From Eledone cirrhosa (lineage: Eukaryota): 64,000 bases of DNA. The stretch lies in the NCBI GenBank assembly GCA_964016885.1, contig OZ024743.1, forward strand, positions 21,700,001 through 21,764,000, written 5' to 3'. A program made the translations under genes and the position numbers. The notes beneath the pieces were generated by a model. The model was not told the origin of the DNA and ran no database searches. It saw only the letters and a program-made list of their open reading frames with translations. This document shows, piece by piece, positions 1 through 10,612 of the stretch (the stretch's first letter is position 1; every line of letters starts with the position of its first letter).

Positions 1-497
<497 letters not shown>

Positions 498-499
498 AT

Positions 500-2119
500 A
501 TGAAGACGGGTAAGGCGGCTGGTCCTTCGGAAATAGTTGCTGAGATGCTGAAGGCATCTGGTTCGGTGGGACACACCATGGTCACCCGGATAGTTAACCA
601 AGTCGTACAGAATGGGGTTGTTCCGAAGGACTGGCGTAGCAGCATCATCGTTAACTGCTATAAGGGAAAAGGAGATGCCCTAGATAGGAGTAACTATAGA
701 GGCATTAAATTAATCGACCAGGTCATGAAGGTCACGGAAAAAGTAATAGCGCAACTAATCAGAGAGAGAATTGATCTAGATGAAATGCAGTTCGGGTTTG
801 TGTCAGGCAAAAGTACCACAGACGCTCTTTTCATTGTACGACAACTACAGGAGAAGTACCTAGCTAAAAGTAAACCCCTATACTTAGCTTTCGTCGACTT
901 GGAGAAAGCCTTCGACAGAGTCCCCCGTTCCATTATCTGGTGGTCTGTTAGAAAACTAGGTGTTGACGAATGGCTTGTGAGAGCTATACAAGCCATGTAT
1001 AAAGAAACAGTCAGTAAGGTTAGAATTAACAACGAATATAGTGAAGAGTTTAGCGTAAAAGTTGGTGTCCATCAGGGCTCTGTTCTTAGCCCCCTACTAT
1101 TTATTATTGCCCTTCAGGCTATAACAGAGGAGTTCAAGACCGGCTGCCCATGGGAACTCCTATATGCAGATGATCTAACGCTCATAGCTGAATCAATGGC
1201 TGAACTAGAGAAGAAATTCCTAACATGGAAGCATGGCCTAGAATCAAAAGGCCTTAAAATTAACCTGGCTAAGACTAAAGTTCTAGTTTGTAGGAAAGAA
1301 AATAAGGCGGCGGTCCCATCTGGGAAATGGCCATGCTCAGTGTGTAGGAAAGGCGTAGGTAGAAACTCCATTTTATGTCCCAAATGCAAAGTATGGGTGC
1401 ATAAAAGATGTAGTGGGATCACAGGTAAGCTAACTAAGAACATAGATTTTACATGTGGCCGGTGCTCTGGTGCAATAAGTAGCAGCAAGTGCCCACAAAA
1501 TACTAGCTCCTTCAACTGCGCAGAGGGTTCTATAGAAATAGTGGACAGCTTCCATTACCTGGGTGACAAAATCAGCAGTGGGGGAGGGTGCTCTGAAAGT
1601 ACAGTAGCTAGAGTCAGAACTGGATGGAAAAAGTTCAGAGAGCTTATACCACTATTAGCCGCTAGAGGGTTCTCCCTAAAAATGAAAGGCAGGTTATACG
1701 ATGCCTGCATACGAACAGCAATGCTGCATGGCAGTGAGACCTGGGCATTGTGTGCAGAGGATATACGCAGACTAGAGAGGAACGAAGCTTGCATGCTCCG
1801 CTGGATGTGCAATAGTAATATACGTGAACGGCAAAGCATAAACGAACTAAGGAAAAAATTAGAAATAAGAGGGATCAGATGTTGTTTACTCGAGAGAAGG
1901 CTACGTTGGTACGGTCACGTGATGCGCATGAAAGACGACAGCTGTATAACAAAGTGCAGGGCAATAAAGATAGACGGTAGCCACGGAGTAGGCAGACCCA
2001 GAAAAACATGGGACGAGCTGATAAATTCCGACCTCACACGCTTACACCTCTCCAAGACAATGTCACTGGACCGAGACCTTTGGCGGTACTCAGTAATAGA
2101 GAAGACCCGCCTTACCTAA
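500..2119 (+). CDS. LINE reverse transcriptase (C-terminal part of ORF) with inserted PHD-like finger
   Basis: Motifs [69 protein letters not shown]; uninterrupted 539 aa. The ATG is probably internal to the original ORF. Confidence 0.9.
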   Translation: MKTGKAAGPSEIVAEMLKASGSVGHTMVTRIVNQVVQNGVVPKDWRSSIIVNCYKGKGDALDRSNYRGIKLIDQVMKVTEKVIAQLIRERIDLDEMQFGFVSGKSTTDALFIVRQLQEKYLAKSKPLYLAFVDLEKAFDRVPRSIIWWSVRKLGVDEWLVRAIQAMYKETVSKVRINNEYSEEFSVKVGVHQGSVLSPLLFIIALQAITEEFKTGCPWELLYADDLTLIAESMAELEKKFLTWKHGLESKGLKINLAKTKVLVCRKENKAAVPSGKWPCSVCRKGVGRNSILCPKCKVWVHKRCSGITGKLTKNIDFTCGRCSGAISSSKCPQNTSSFNCAEGSIEIVDSFHYLGDKISSGGGCSESTVARVRTGWKKFRELIPLLAARGFSLKMKGRLYDACIRTAMLHGSETWALCAEDIRRLERNEACMLRWMCNSNIRERQSINELRKKLEIRGIRCCLLERRLRWYGHVMRMKDDSCITKCRAIKIDGSHGVGRPRKTWDELINSDLTRLHLSKTMSLDRDLWRYSVIEKTRLT

Positions 2120-2287
2120 ATACAAAGTAAAAACCTACTACAGTCAGTAGGCATCTCTATCAAAACACACCCCCGTCCCACCACCTCCACCCCATCCACA
2201 CCGCCCCTTCAATGTAAAGTTATGTTGGTCCCACAACATCCAGGCCGAAACAAATGAGATCGTGTAGGTGTCACGACAAAAAAACAC

Positions 2288-2519
2288 ACAGTCCACGCTG
2301 TAAATGTGGCCGTGTAGGCAACACGGTAAAAACCTCCCAGCCCCACACTGTAAATGTGGTTGGTGTTAGGAAGGGCATCCAGCTGTAGAAAACCCGCCAG
2401 ACAGTCCACGCTGTAATGTGGCCGTGTAGGCAACACGGTAAAAACCTCCCAGCCCCACACTGTAAATGTGGTTGGTGTTAGGAAGGGCATCCAACTGTAG
2501 AAAACCCGCCAGACAGTCC
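2288..2519 (+). repeat. ~113-bp tandem duplication in the RTE 3'UTR
   Basis: ACAGTCC restarts at 2288, 2401 and 2513; two near-identical units. Confidence 0.9.
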
Positions 2520-2624
2520 TATGCGAGCAAGACAACCACTCTTGCCTCAAGTGGGAAAACCCCCGTCCAAACCCATGCAAGCGTGGAACACGGACGCTAA
2601 ACCTGATGATGATGATGATGATGA

Positions 2625-2672
<48 letters not shown>

Positions 2673-2675
<3 letters not shown>

Positions 2676-3028
2676 AGACGTAAAATAAGAAAATTATAAA
2701 ATTAACTTACTTACTAAAATATCACTTCCAACTAATTAGTTTCTGGAATGGAGTAAATATATTTTCCGAAGAAGATACAGAGAAACATTCCGTCGTCAGG
2801 GAAGTCTATTCTCATCTAAGTTTCCAGGCAAAGCGAGGACTCTGGAAACTTATTAAAAAATAATTCAGTGGATAGGAAATAGCAAAGCGTGGACTGAATT
2901 CCTAGCCATTGAGAAAATCACTGCCTCTGCGTCTGTGGCAAATTCAAAAAGAATCAATCACGTGACATCGAGGTCAATCAGTCGAAAGTGGTTTGCTAAT
3001 AAGACAGCGGCCTGCCTACTACCATAGC

Positions 3029-3029
<1 letters not shown>
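2673..3029 (-). mobile_element. Short hammerhead-containing element between (TA)n tracts (Penelope-like pLTR / retrozyme-like)
   Basis: Bounded by (TA)n at 2627-2672 and 3030-3093; contains a hammerhead motif and two hairpins. Family assignment is inference. Confidence 0.55.
2724..2805 (-). ncRNA. Type I hammerhead ribozyme motif
   Basis: Minus strand: ACUUCC-CUGACGA-c-GGAAUG..CAUUCC-a-GAA-ACUAAUUAGU-U-GGAAGU. Helix I 6 bp, helix II 6 bp, palindromic helix III, GUU cleavage triplet. Confidence 0.7.

Positions 3030-3093
<64 letters not shown>
3030..3093. repeat. (TA)n microsatellite
   Basis: Directly visible. Confidence 0.97.
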
Positions 3094-3100
<7 letters not shown>

Positions 3101-3493
3101 TCTTTTACTAAAAGTGATGTGTCCAACTTTTTTCACTGGAGGAAAAAAAACATTTTTCATGAGAGAAAAAGTTGCTATTGGTATTAGCCCCAGTTCAACC
3201 CTGATCAAACAGCTAGGTGATCGATTGTATATTTTTAGGGTATCTGGAACTACATTATCTAACATTTTGAGGGGAAATTTGGACGTTGTTTCTACCAAAT
3301 CGAGTGGCAACATGCAGATTCGAGAGTTGGGCAGTAAAGAAAATTAATTCTGCAAAATAATTGATTCTCTGTAAATAAATGAGGGAACTTCTATGTGGTG
3401 CTAACCTTACTAGAAGTAGCACTAAAATCTCCTTCTCATCACACACTAATGCCTTCAAAACAAGAAGGATGGGATGATCAAGGCAGAAATGTT

Positions 3494-3750
3494 TCAACTC
3501 TTTTATTACCATTTTTCTAATGAATGATACTACCTTTAATTTTCAAATCGTTTTGACAATAATGAAGAATTTGAAGGAATTTAGAAATGTAGCTTTTTCA
3601 TTATTCAGCTGGTTGTTTGAAATAAACTTACCAAAAGTCCTTACATATAATCATAAAAGACTTTTAGATAAATGTAAATACTTAAAAATATACAGTCTTG
3701 TATCATAAAATTAAGGGCACTTTCATGTGGTTTGCTATCAAATGGGTTAA
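3494..3750 (+). mobile_element. Degenerate TTAA-type (piggyBac-like) MITE, family B
   Basis: Starts TCAACTCTTTTATTACC, ends TATCAAATGGGTTAA; similar to 13716-13924 and (reverse) 55998-56241. Confidence 0.55.
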
Positions 3751-3969
3751 TTTATAGGTTTTCTCAACAAGGGCTAACAACAAAACATCTCAAAGCTGCT
3801 ATGTCTCATGTTATATTTCAGTGGTTGTTTTACAGCAATAAATATGTTTTCCATGGAACTTATGGTCAATTCTACAATATAGAAAATATATAACAAATTG
3901 AATCATCTGAATATTAATGGTAGTTATTTTTAGATATCCAATTATCAAAACTTCACCAATTGCCTCCTT

Positions 3970-4250
3970 TCTATGTCAGTTGTTTTCGAGACCTTGGTTG
4001 TCCTTGGTCCTTGGACTGCCGTTTTACTCTGTAAAATTGGAAGGAGTGCATCCCACCTGGGGAAGGATCTTCATAGTGTGGCTGATGAAGCAGGTGTCAC
4101 TGGCCATTCTCCTTGGCAATGCTTTTGCCCGGGTGCAGCTGAGATATACCACCTAGACAGGGTTGTAGTATCTGCTGCATACTTTCATTATGCATTTAAT
4201 TTTTATTTTTCTCTTTTTATTGCAAACATAATATAATTAAATAAAAATCT
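3970..4250 (+). mobile_element. 3' fragment of a CRE/RLE-type non-LTR retrotransposon
   Basis: Frameshifted translation VFETLVVLGPWTAVLLCKIG.../WLMKQVSLAILLGNA resembles the C-terminal ET.G..GP...L.Q.LS.AI..GNA motif; AT-rich tail with AATAAA follows. Confidence 0.55.
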
Positions 4251-4987
4251 GTTCAATAAAGAGTTCATTTGATAAAAAACTTTTTTCAATTATTCTATTG
4301 ATTTCATAGAGTTCAAAATAAATAAATTGTTCATGACAGGATTTGCTCTCAGAAGTTGGAAAATAGCAGATAAATACAATAACACATTTATGCCTATGTT
4401 TTATTGTTATTTATGAGTAATGTCGGTAATAGAAGCATTGTGTTCATATGCTTTTAAGGCAATTTGATTTAATGTCATCTTAAAATTAAAGAAAACATAT
4501 ATATAAGCATTTGAAGTAAGTTTGTTTCATGCCATCTTAAAATTAGGGAAAGCAATTATAAATAAGTACACAAAACATGAATGAATAATTTTAAATGTAT
4601 TTTCAAAATGTGGTCGTTTAAATGTTTAAAACAAAGGCATCAGATATCAATTATGAATTATAATAGAAATTCAAAACAAAGTGTCGATTTATTCTTGCAT
4701 GGCATTCAACATTAATAATGATGTGCTAAAGGGTGTTAAAATACTAGAGAATCACTTGAGGGTGTTGGATATAACTGCTGAGGTTACTTCTATGATTGAA
4801 CAGTCAATGCAATATGTCCACTAATTGTAGTATTGTTCAATAATCAATACAAAAATAATGCTTTTATTTATCAAAGCACAATAGAGCTATATGTATCGAC
4901 AAATAAGATTCCCATTAGGGTGTATGTAGATTTGTGTGCACAAATAGGATGAAACTGGTAAATAAACAAACTGCACACAAAGAAATG

Positions 4988-5143
4988 TTGTTGCTGTTCC
5001 TTTGTTCAACTATGACCAAAACTATTCCATTCATGGCATCCCTGCCTTTTCATGGGTATGTAGAATTACGTTATCTATTGTGTCCTTTCTTTATCTAAGA
5101 CAATAGAGTATGATTTGAGGGAAGGTTGGCTGTTTTTTCTAGC
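4988..5143 (-). repeat. Dispersed repeat (GCTAGAAA..CAGCCAA..CAAATCA..)
   Basis: Related segments at ~15047, 20455-20610, 20648-20728 and ~59637. Confidence 0.5.
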
Positions 5144-5158
5144 ATTCAGTGACTATAT

Positions 5159-5410
5159 GTGTGTGTGACAGCTCACACCTATGCAGGTTTAGCTGGCCTC
5201 CTCCAAGGTATACCTCGTTGGAGGTGTCTTGGGTAATTTAATGATAGGGACCCTAGTCCTTTCATCTGATTTCTACAGCTGAGTAAACTGGAGCAACGTG
5301 AAATAGAGTGTCTTGCTCAAGGAAACAACACATCACCTGGTTCGAGAATTGAACTCACAACCTTTTGATTGCAAGCCAATGCTCTAACCACTAAGCCATG
5401 CATTTTCACC
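5159..5410 (-). mobile_element. tRNA-derived SINE with CORE-like central segment
   Basis: Minus strand A box TGGCTTAGTGG, B box GAGTTCAATTC, then CTCCAGTTTACTCAGCTGTAGAAAT; 8-bp direct repeat GACTATAT at 5151-5158 and 5411-5418. Confidence 0.8.
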
Positions 5411-5937
5411 GACTATATAGAGGCTACTATGTTGATTTGGTTATATATATTTGTTTGAAATGAGCATATTTTCCACAAGTTTCTCTCATCTTCAAAACAA
5501 GGATTTTAATAAGATGTAATTATACTTCAATAAACGTTTATGGCATTTCAATTTTAATAGCAATGAGATATCTTTAAAAAATATCTTAATATTTCCATAA
5601 TTACAACAAGCATTTAAGAATTCAATGTGCATATATATTTCTAATCACTGTAACAACTTTGTACACCCTAATATATATACATGAACCAGCACAGAAATAT
5701 CACAGAATGGATGTTTAATTCCATTCTCTGTCTGTTGATTTTGTTTCCTTTGTGAAGGGGTATTATATCTGAAATATGAGAAACTATTGAATATTTCCAG
5801 AGTAGCATTCCAATCTCCTTTTCTGGTATAGTTATTTTAACTATAGAAGTCCAACAAAAACAACAACAATATATTAGAAAATTAGGTGGGTTTTTTTTCA
5901 AAATGAAAAAAAACGTGATGTCCTACACGAGTGAAAG

Positions 5938-6028
5938 TATATGGAAAAAAGATGAAATCGAAAATACAACAATAAATATTCTTAAAAAGACTCCAGTTGC
6001 ATTTTCGATTTCATCTTTTTTCCTTATA
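5938..6028. repeat. 33-bp inverted repeat with 25-bp spacer
   Basis: TATATGGAAAAAAGATGAAATCGAAAATACAAC vs GTTGCATTTTCGATTTCATCTTTTTTCCTTATA (2 mismatches). Confidence 0.85.
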
Positions 6029-6035
6029 TAAATAT

Positions 6036-6172
6036 ATGAAAGGGTGTGGTAAAATACAAGGTGGACCATAACCCACCAGAGTACTCAATACTTGGGGTAA
6101 TAGAGTGTGTAATATAAAAAGATTCAGGACCCCGATGGCTGAGCTCCAGTGGTTTTGACAGCTAGATACGAA
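6036..6172 (-). mobile_element. (TA)n-embedded short element, family P, diverged copy
   Basis: Shares GGTGGACCATAAC.CACCA.AGTACTCAATAC and GGACCCCGA.GGCTGAGCTC with 6669-6805 and 11592-11792. Confidence 0.75.
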
Positions 6173-6183
6173 CTATATATATA

Positions 6184-6365
6184 AGAAGGATGTACTGAAA
6201 GTGTTCTAGCCAGAGTGATAACTGTGTGGAAGAAATTCAGAAAGATCTTACCTTTGTTGGTAACAAAAAGCTTCTCTCTCAGAGTGAAAGGCAGGAAAGG
6301 CAGATTATATGTTTGTGTTTGGACTGCTATACTGTATGGCAGTGGGATATGGGTCATGAATGCAG
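6184..6365 (+). mobile_element. Degraded RTE fragment related to 495-2627
   Basis: Similar to 1585-1750 (GC.ES..ARV..WKKFR...LSL..KGR). Confidence 0.75.
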
Positions 6366-6454
6366 CAACTAAAAATAAATGATCAACACTTCCAACCCAT
6401 ACCAATATATGAAGAAGAAAATGATGATATACATATATATATATATAAGTAAGT

Positions 6455-6593
6455 ATGTTTTGAAACAGCGAGCAAGTTTGAAATTAGAAAATAGAAGCTT
6501 TCACCATATTTTTTTGACTAAAGAAATTTTAGCCTGATAGTGGGGTTTAGAAACCTCAGAGAAATGGAGAAAGATGAGTATTGACATACATGG
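6455..6593 (+). mobile_element. (TA)n-adjacent short dispersed element, family Q
   Basis: TGAAACAGCGAGCAAGTTTGAAA...TAGCCTGATAGTGGGGTTTAGAA...GATGAGTATTGAC; reverse copy at 59801-59937. Confidence 0.7.
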
Positions 6594-6668
6594 GATATGT
6601 AGTATAGTATATAGGATATGTAGTATAGTATAGTATATGTAGTATAGTATATAGTATGTATATATATA

Positions 6669-6805
6669 ACGAAGGAAATGTGGTAAGGAACCAGGTGGAC
6701 CATAACGCACCAAAGTACTCAATACTTAGGGTAGTAGAGTGGGTAATAGGAACGAGTAGGACCCCGACGGCTGAGCTCAGCCGTCGGGGTCCTACTCGTT
6801 CCTAT
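6669..6805 (-). mobile_element. Family P element ending in a perfect 60-bp palindrome
   Basis: 6746-6805 is a perfect palindrome centred on GAGCTC; (TA)n on both sides. Confidence 0.8.
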
Positions 6806-6828
6806 ATATATATATATATATACTATAT

Positions 6829-7190
6829 ACTCATTTACAGGTTTCAGTCATTAGACTGCATTCATGTTGAGGTGCTCCCTTGTCTTAGTTGATCATATCA
6901 ACCCCAGTAAATATTTTTTCAAATTTGGTACTTATTTTATTGATCTCCTTTATGTTGAACCTCAAAGTTACAGGATATAGACACAGACACAGATGTAAAC
7001 ATAGACAAGGACACACACACACACACACATACACACACATATATATATATATATGAAGGGCTTCAGCATTTTCTGTCTACTAATTTCCACTCACAAGACA
7101 TTGTTAAACCCTAATTTATAGCTTGACACTGGCCCAAGTTGCCATGGAGGAGTAGGATTGAATACAGAATCATGTGGTTATGATGCAAAC
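6829..7190 (-). mobile_element. Degenerate tRNA-derived SINE with internal (CA)n/(TA)n
   Basis: Minus-strand B-box-like GTATTCAATCC near 7160; internal microsatellite; the end TTTCAGTCA.ACTG recurs near 41010. Confidence 0.55.
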
Positions 7191-7278
7191 CTCTATGACA
7201 GCAAGTATTATTATTTAACTAAATTCAGGGTTGCCAACAAAAAGAAATGCAACTTTTAACTCTGCTAATTGATATAAC

Positions 7279-7460
7279 ATAATTATTTCTACTTTTTGGC
7301 ACAAAGCCAGCAATTACCCAGTGCATTACTGGGTAATTGCTGGCCTTGTGCCAAAAAGTAGAAACAATTATTTTATCGACTCCGTAAGGTGAAGGGCAAA
7401 GTTAACCTCGGCGGGATTCGAACTCAGAATGGCAAGGGCCGTAATCAGATACCTCTGCTG
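7279..7460 (-). mobile_element. tRNA-derived SINE (GCCTTTCATCC..GGGGTCGATAAA family) with 44-bp fold-back tail
   Basis: B box GAGTTCGAATCC on minus strand; inverted arms 7279-7322 and 7328-7371. Confidence 0.8.
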
Positions 7461-7690
7461 GCATTGGCTGTGAGAAAATAGAACAAGTGCATTCTCATAT
7501 TAACAGCAAAAAGACTGAAATAGGGTTAAATAAAAAGTGGAAACAAAAAATCAAGCATTTTAGAATAAGAAGTGATCAAAACAGCTATCTTGTTTATTTT
7601 ATGTTATACAAAATTTATGAAATGTTTCCAATATCTAGTTTAGTTTCTTTTTTTTTTTTCTCATTTATCTTTTTATTTCTCTTTTAATTA

Positions 7691-7832
7691 TAATCCCGTC
7701 GAGGTTAACTTTGCCTTTCATCCTTATGGGGTTGATAAAATAAAGTACCAGTAATGCACTGGGGTCAATTTAATTGACTTTCCCATCCCCAAAGTTGTTG
7801 GCCTTGTGCTTAAATCAGAAACCATTATTATT
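7691..7832 (+). mobile_element. 5'-truncated SINE of the same family with (ATT)n tail
   Basis: AATCCCGTCGAGGTTAACTTTGCCTTTCATCC..GATAAAATAAAGTACCAGTAATGCACTGGG. Confidence 0.8.
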
Positions 7833-8654
7833 TTTTTTCATTTATTTATTTATTTTATTTTATTTTATTTTATTTTTTATTATTTATTTATTTTTTGGCT
7901 ATATTGCAAGCATGCATTTAACCTTTTTCACCAGAAGGGCATGAATTTAGAACTGTGTGTCACTGACATTAGTTTTTTTATCTTTAGAGAGTGATTTATT
8001 TTAAGGAACTGAAATTGAGGTCAGAAGCATATTGGCTAAAATCCACTAAAGTATTTAATTTGGGGCATCAAATGTAAAAATTCTGATGGGATGAGGAAAA
8101 GAGAACGTTAACTTATTTATTGATAGTATTTATTTAATAATAGAAAATGCAGGAATCTCAAATGCAGAAAATAACTGTATATACCTGATTGCTTTAAATA
8201 ATAGCTTAGAAAATCAAATAAGATATCATTATGGACAGAAAAAAATTGCCAGCCGTCGCTCTGCAGAATTGACCTCCATATTCTTCAAATTCTAATTGAG
8301 TGCTCTAACCATTGTGCTAAGGGATCTCTTTCAATAGTTTCCATCTTAATTAAACATCTGGGATTCCTACATTTTTCTATGAGTTTCATAATTACTCAGT
8401 GATTTAATAATTTGATATTTGACATAGTGGTGTCATCTAGTAGTGGGTTCGAAAACTGTGGCAATATATGATGGGTTTTGTACTGCTGACTGGCTGTCCC
8501 TCCTCATAGTGGTGCCACCCAGTTCCAGGCCCCAAAACTGTGGGTACACTGTGAGATGTGTTAGGCTCCTCATACTGATGCCATCCAGTGCTAGGCTCCA
8601 AAAATATGGACAGCCAATTGGCCTGTCCCTCCTCATAACGGCTAGCCATCCAGT

Positions 8655-8922
8655 TTGACACTGTAAATAATGTGGTTGGTGTTAGGAAGGGCATCCAGCT
8701 GTAAGAAAAAATACCCAGCCAAATTTACAATCCTTGCCGGAGCAACGTGCGACATGGCCAAATATGGCCAGACTTGCCTCCCAGTATGGACAACCCGTCT
8801 AACCCTGCAAGCGTGGAAAAATGGACATTAAGTGATGATGATGGTGATGATGATGATGATGATGACGATGATGACGACGATGATGATGACAATGATGATG
8901 ATGACGATGATGATGATGATGA
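8655..8922 (+). mobile_element. RTE-3'-end-sharing SINE/LINE tail with expanded (GAT/GAC)n
   Basis: GTGGTTGGTGTTAGGAAGGGCATCCAGCTGTA..AACCCTGCAAGCGTGGAAAAATGGACATTAAG(TGA)n, same as the RTE 3'UTR. Confidence 0.8.
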
Positions 8923-9491
8923 TTGTTCTTTATTTTCTTTGTTTTTGTCATTATTATTACCTTAATCATAATGGAAAGCAGGTTGATAATGAGGAGCTTA
9001 GAGTCTACATTTAAGCATCTAAAAATAAACATTGTAATGGTGATGATGATAATGATGATAATGATGATGATGACAATAATGAAATGTTTAGTATATGTTG
9101 TTAAAAAACTATATTGTCTGCTATCCCAGTGTTTTAGTATTCAGAGCAAGTTGACAAACATGTTTAGTAATAGATACTCAAAGCAAATCAGCAAACAACA
9201 ATATTCTCAGTGATGCCAGCTTTTTCTAGCTAACTAATAAAGTTAAACTGACATAAAATTTGTAACTTATTAGTTAAAATGACATAGGAACAATTTGGTG
9301 ATCGTGGTATGGGGGGAAGGTTATCATCATCATCATCGTTTAACATCTATTTTCCACGCTAGCATGGGTTAGATTATCTGTAACAGAATTAGTGGGGGGG
9401 GGGGGGGGCTGTGAAACAATTTGTGGTGTGGGGGAGAGGGTTGAGACAATTAATGGTGGTGGTTCTAGTGATGGGGAGAGGACGGCAGGAG

Positions 9492-10110
9492 GATGTAACA
9501 CAATTAGTGGCATGGGGGTTGGCTGTGACACAATTAGTGACATGGGAGGTAGGCAGATGTGACGCCATTAGTGACATGGGAGGAAGGTGGATGTGACACA
9601 ATTAGTGACATGGGAGGAAGGGAGATGTGACACCATTAGTGACATGGGAGGAAGGGAGATGTGACACCATTAGTGACATGGGAGGTAGGAGGATGTGACA
9701 CCATTAGTGACATGGGAGGAAGGGGGATGTGACACAATTAGTGACATGGGAGGAAGGGGGATGTGACACAATTAGTGACATGGGAGGAAGGGAGATGTGA
9801 CACCATTAGTGACATGGGAGGAAGGGAGATGTGACACCATTAGTGACATGGGAGGTAGGCAGATGTGACGCCATTAGTGACATGGGAGGAAGGTGGATGT
9901 GACACAATTAGTGACATGGGAGGAAGGGAGATGTGACACCATTAGTGACATGGGAGGAAGGGAGATGTGACACCATTAGTGACATGGGAGGAAGGGAGAT
10001 GTGACACCATTAGTGACATGGGAGGAAGGGAGATGTGACACAATTAGTGATATGGGAGGAAGGTGGATGTGACACAATTAGCGACGTGGGGGGAAGGAGG
10101 ATGTGACATA
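9492..10110 (+). repeat. 34/35-bp minisatellite, ~18 copies
   Basis: Unit GTGACACCATTAGTGACATGGGAGGAAGGGAGAT (period 34, e.g. 9627 to 9661); degenerate flanks ~9380-9490 and ~10110-10190. Confidence 0.95.
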
Positions 10111-10403
10111 GTGGTATAAGAGGAAAGGAGCTGTGATACAGTGGGCTGAGGCTATAACATAGTTTGCATGTAGTTGCTGTTGTGTGACAATATTGTTTTA
10201 TTAGTGTTTAGTCAGCAATAGAAGAGCAGTGGAATGCTGTGACCCATTGTTAGTGTTTAAGGCAGTGGAGTGCTGTGACCCATTTCAGGGCCCTTAGGAC
10301 GGGTTAATTGGAGAAAGGAAAGGATCTACAAACTAAGGACCTGACTTGAACACTTTTAGTAGTGCGAACCCTGCTAAAAGCACCCAATCACTAGAGAGTG
10401 ATT

Positions 10404-10612
10404 GTTAACCCTTTAACATTTAAACCAGCCATATCCAGCCAGAATTCTCTAATCTCTTTCTGTTCAAACTGGCTGTAACTTGCTACTCATATTGATATTA
10501 AGGTATTGTTCTCAAAATAAATATTATCAAGATCTCATAGGTTTGATATTATGTGAGATAAAGCCTTTACCATGAAAATACAATAGTATATATAGAGTAA
10601 TGTAAATGCTAA
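10404..10612 (+). mobile_element. TTAA-type (piggyBac-like) MITE, family A, right end eroded
   Basis: TTAACCCTTTAACATTTA...GTAAATGCTAA; three other copies in the window. Confidence 0.8.

Noticed and set aside
694-1839. Antisense ORFs within the LINE RT (also 47591-47881 and 48890-54253)
   Set aside because: Shadow ORFs of sense-strand coding sequence; no motifs.
2996-3512. ORFs around 3.0-3.5 kb as host exons
   Set aside because: No recognisable domain; ORFs run into (TA)n or a MITE; no convincing splice pair.
8240-8322. Minus-strand tRNA-like sequence
   Set aside because: A-box-like TAGCACAATGG present, but degenerate B box and no cloverleaf; more likely a decayed SINE head.
8747-9213. 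Poly-Asp/His/Met ORFs
   Set aside because: Translations of (GAT)n retroelement tails.
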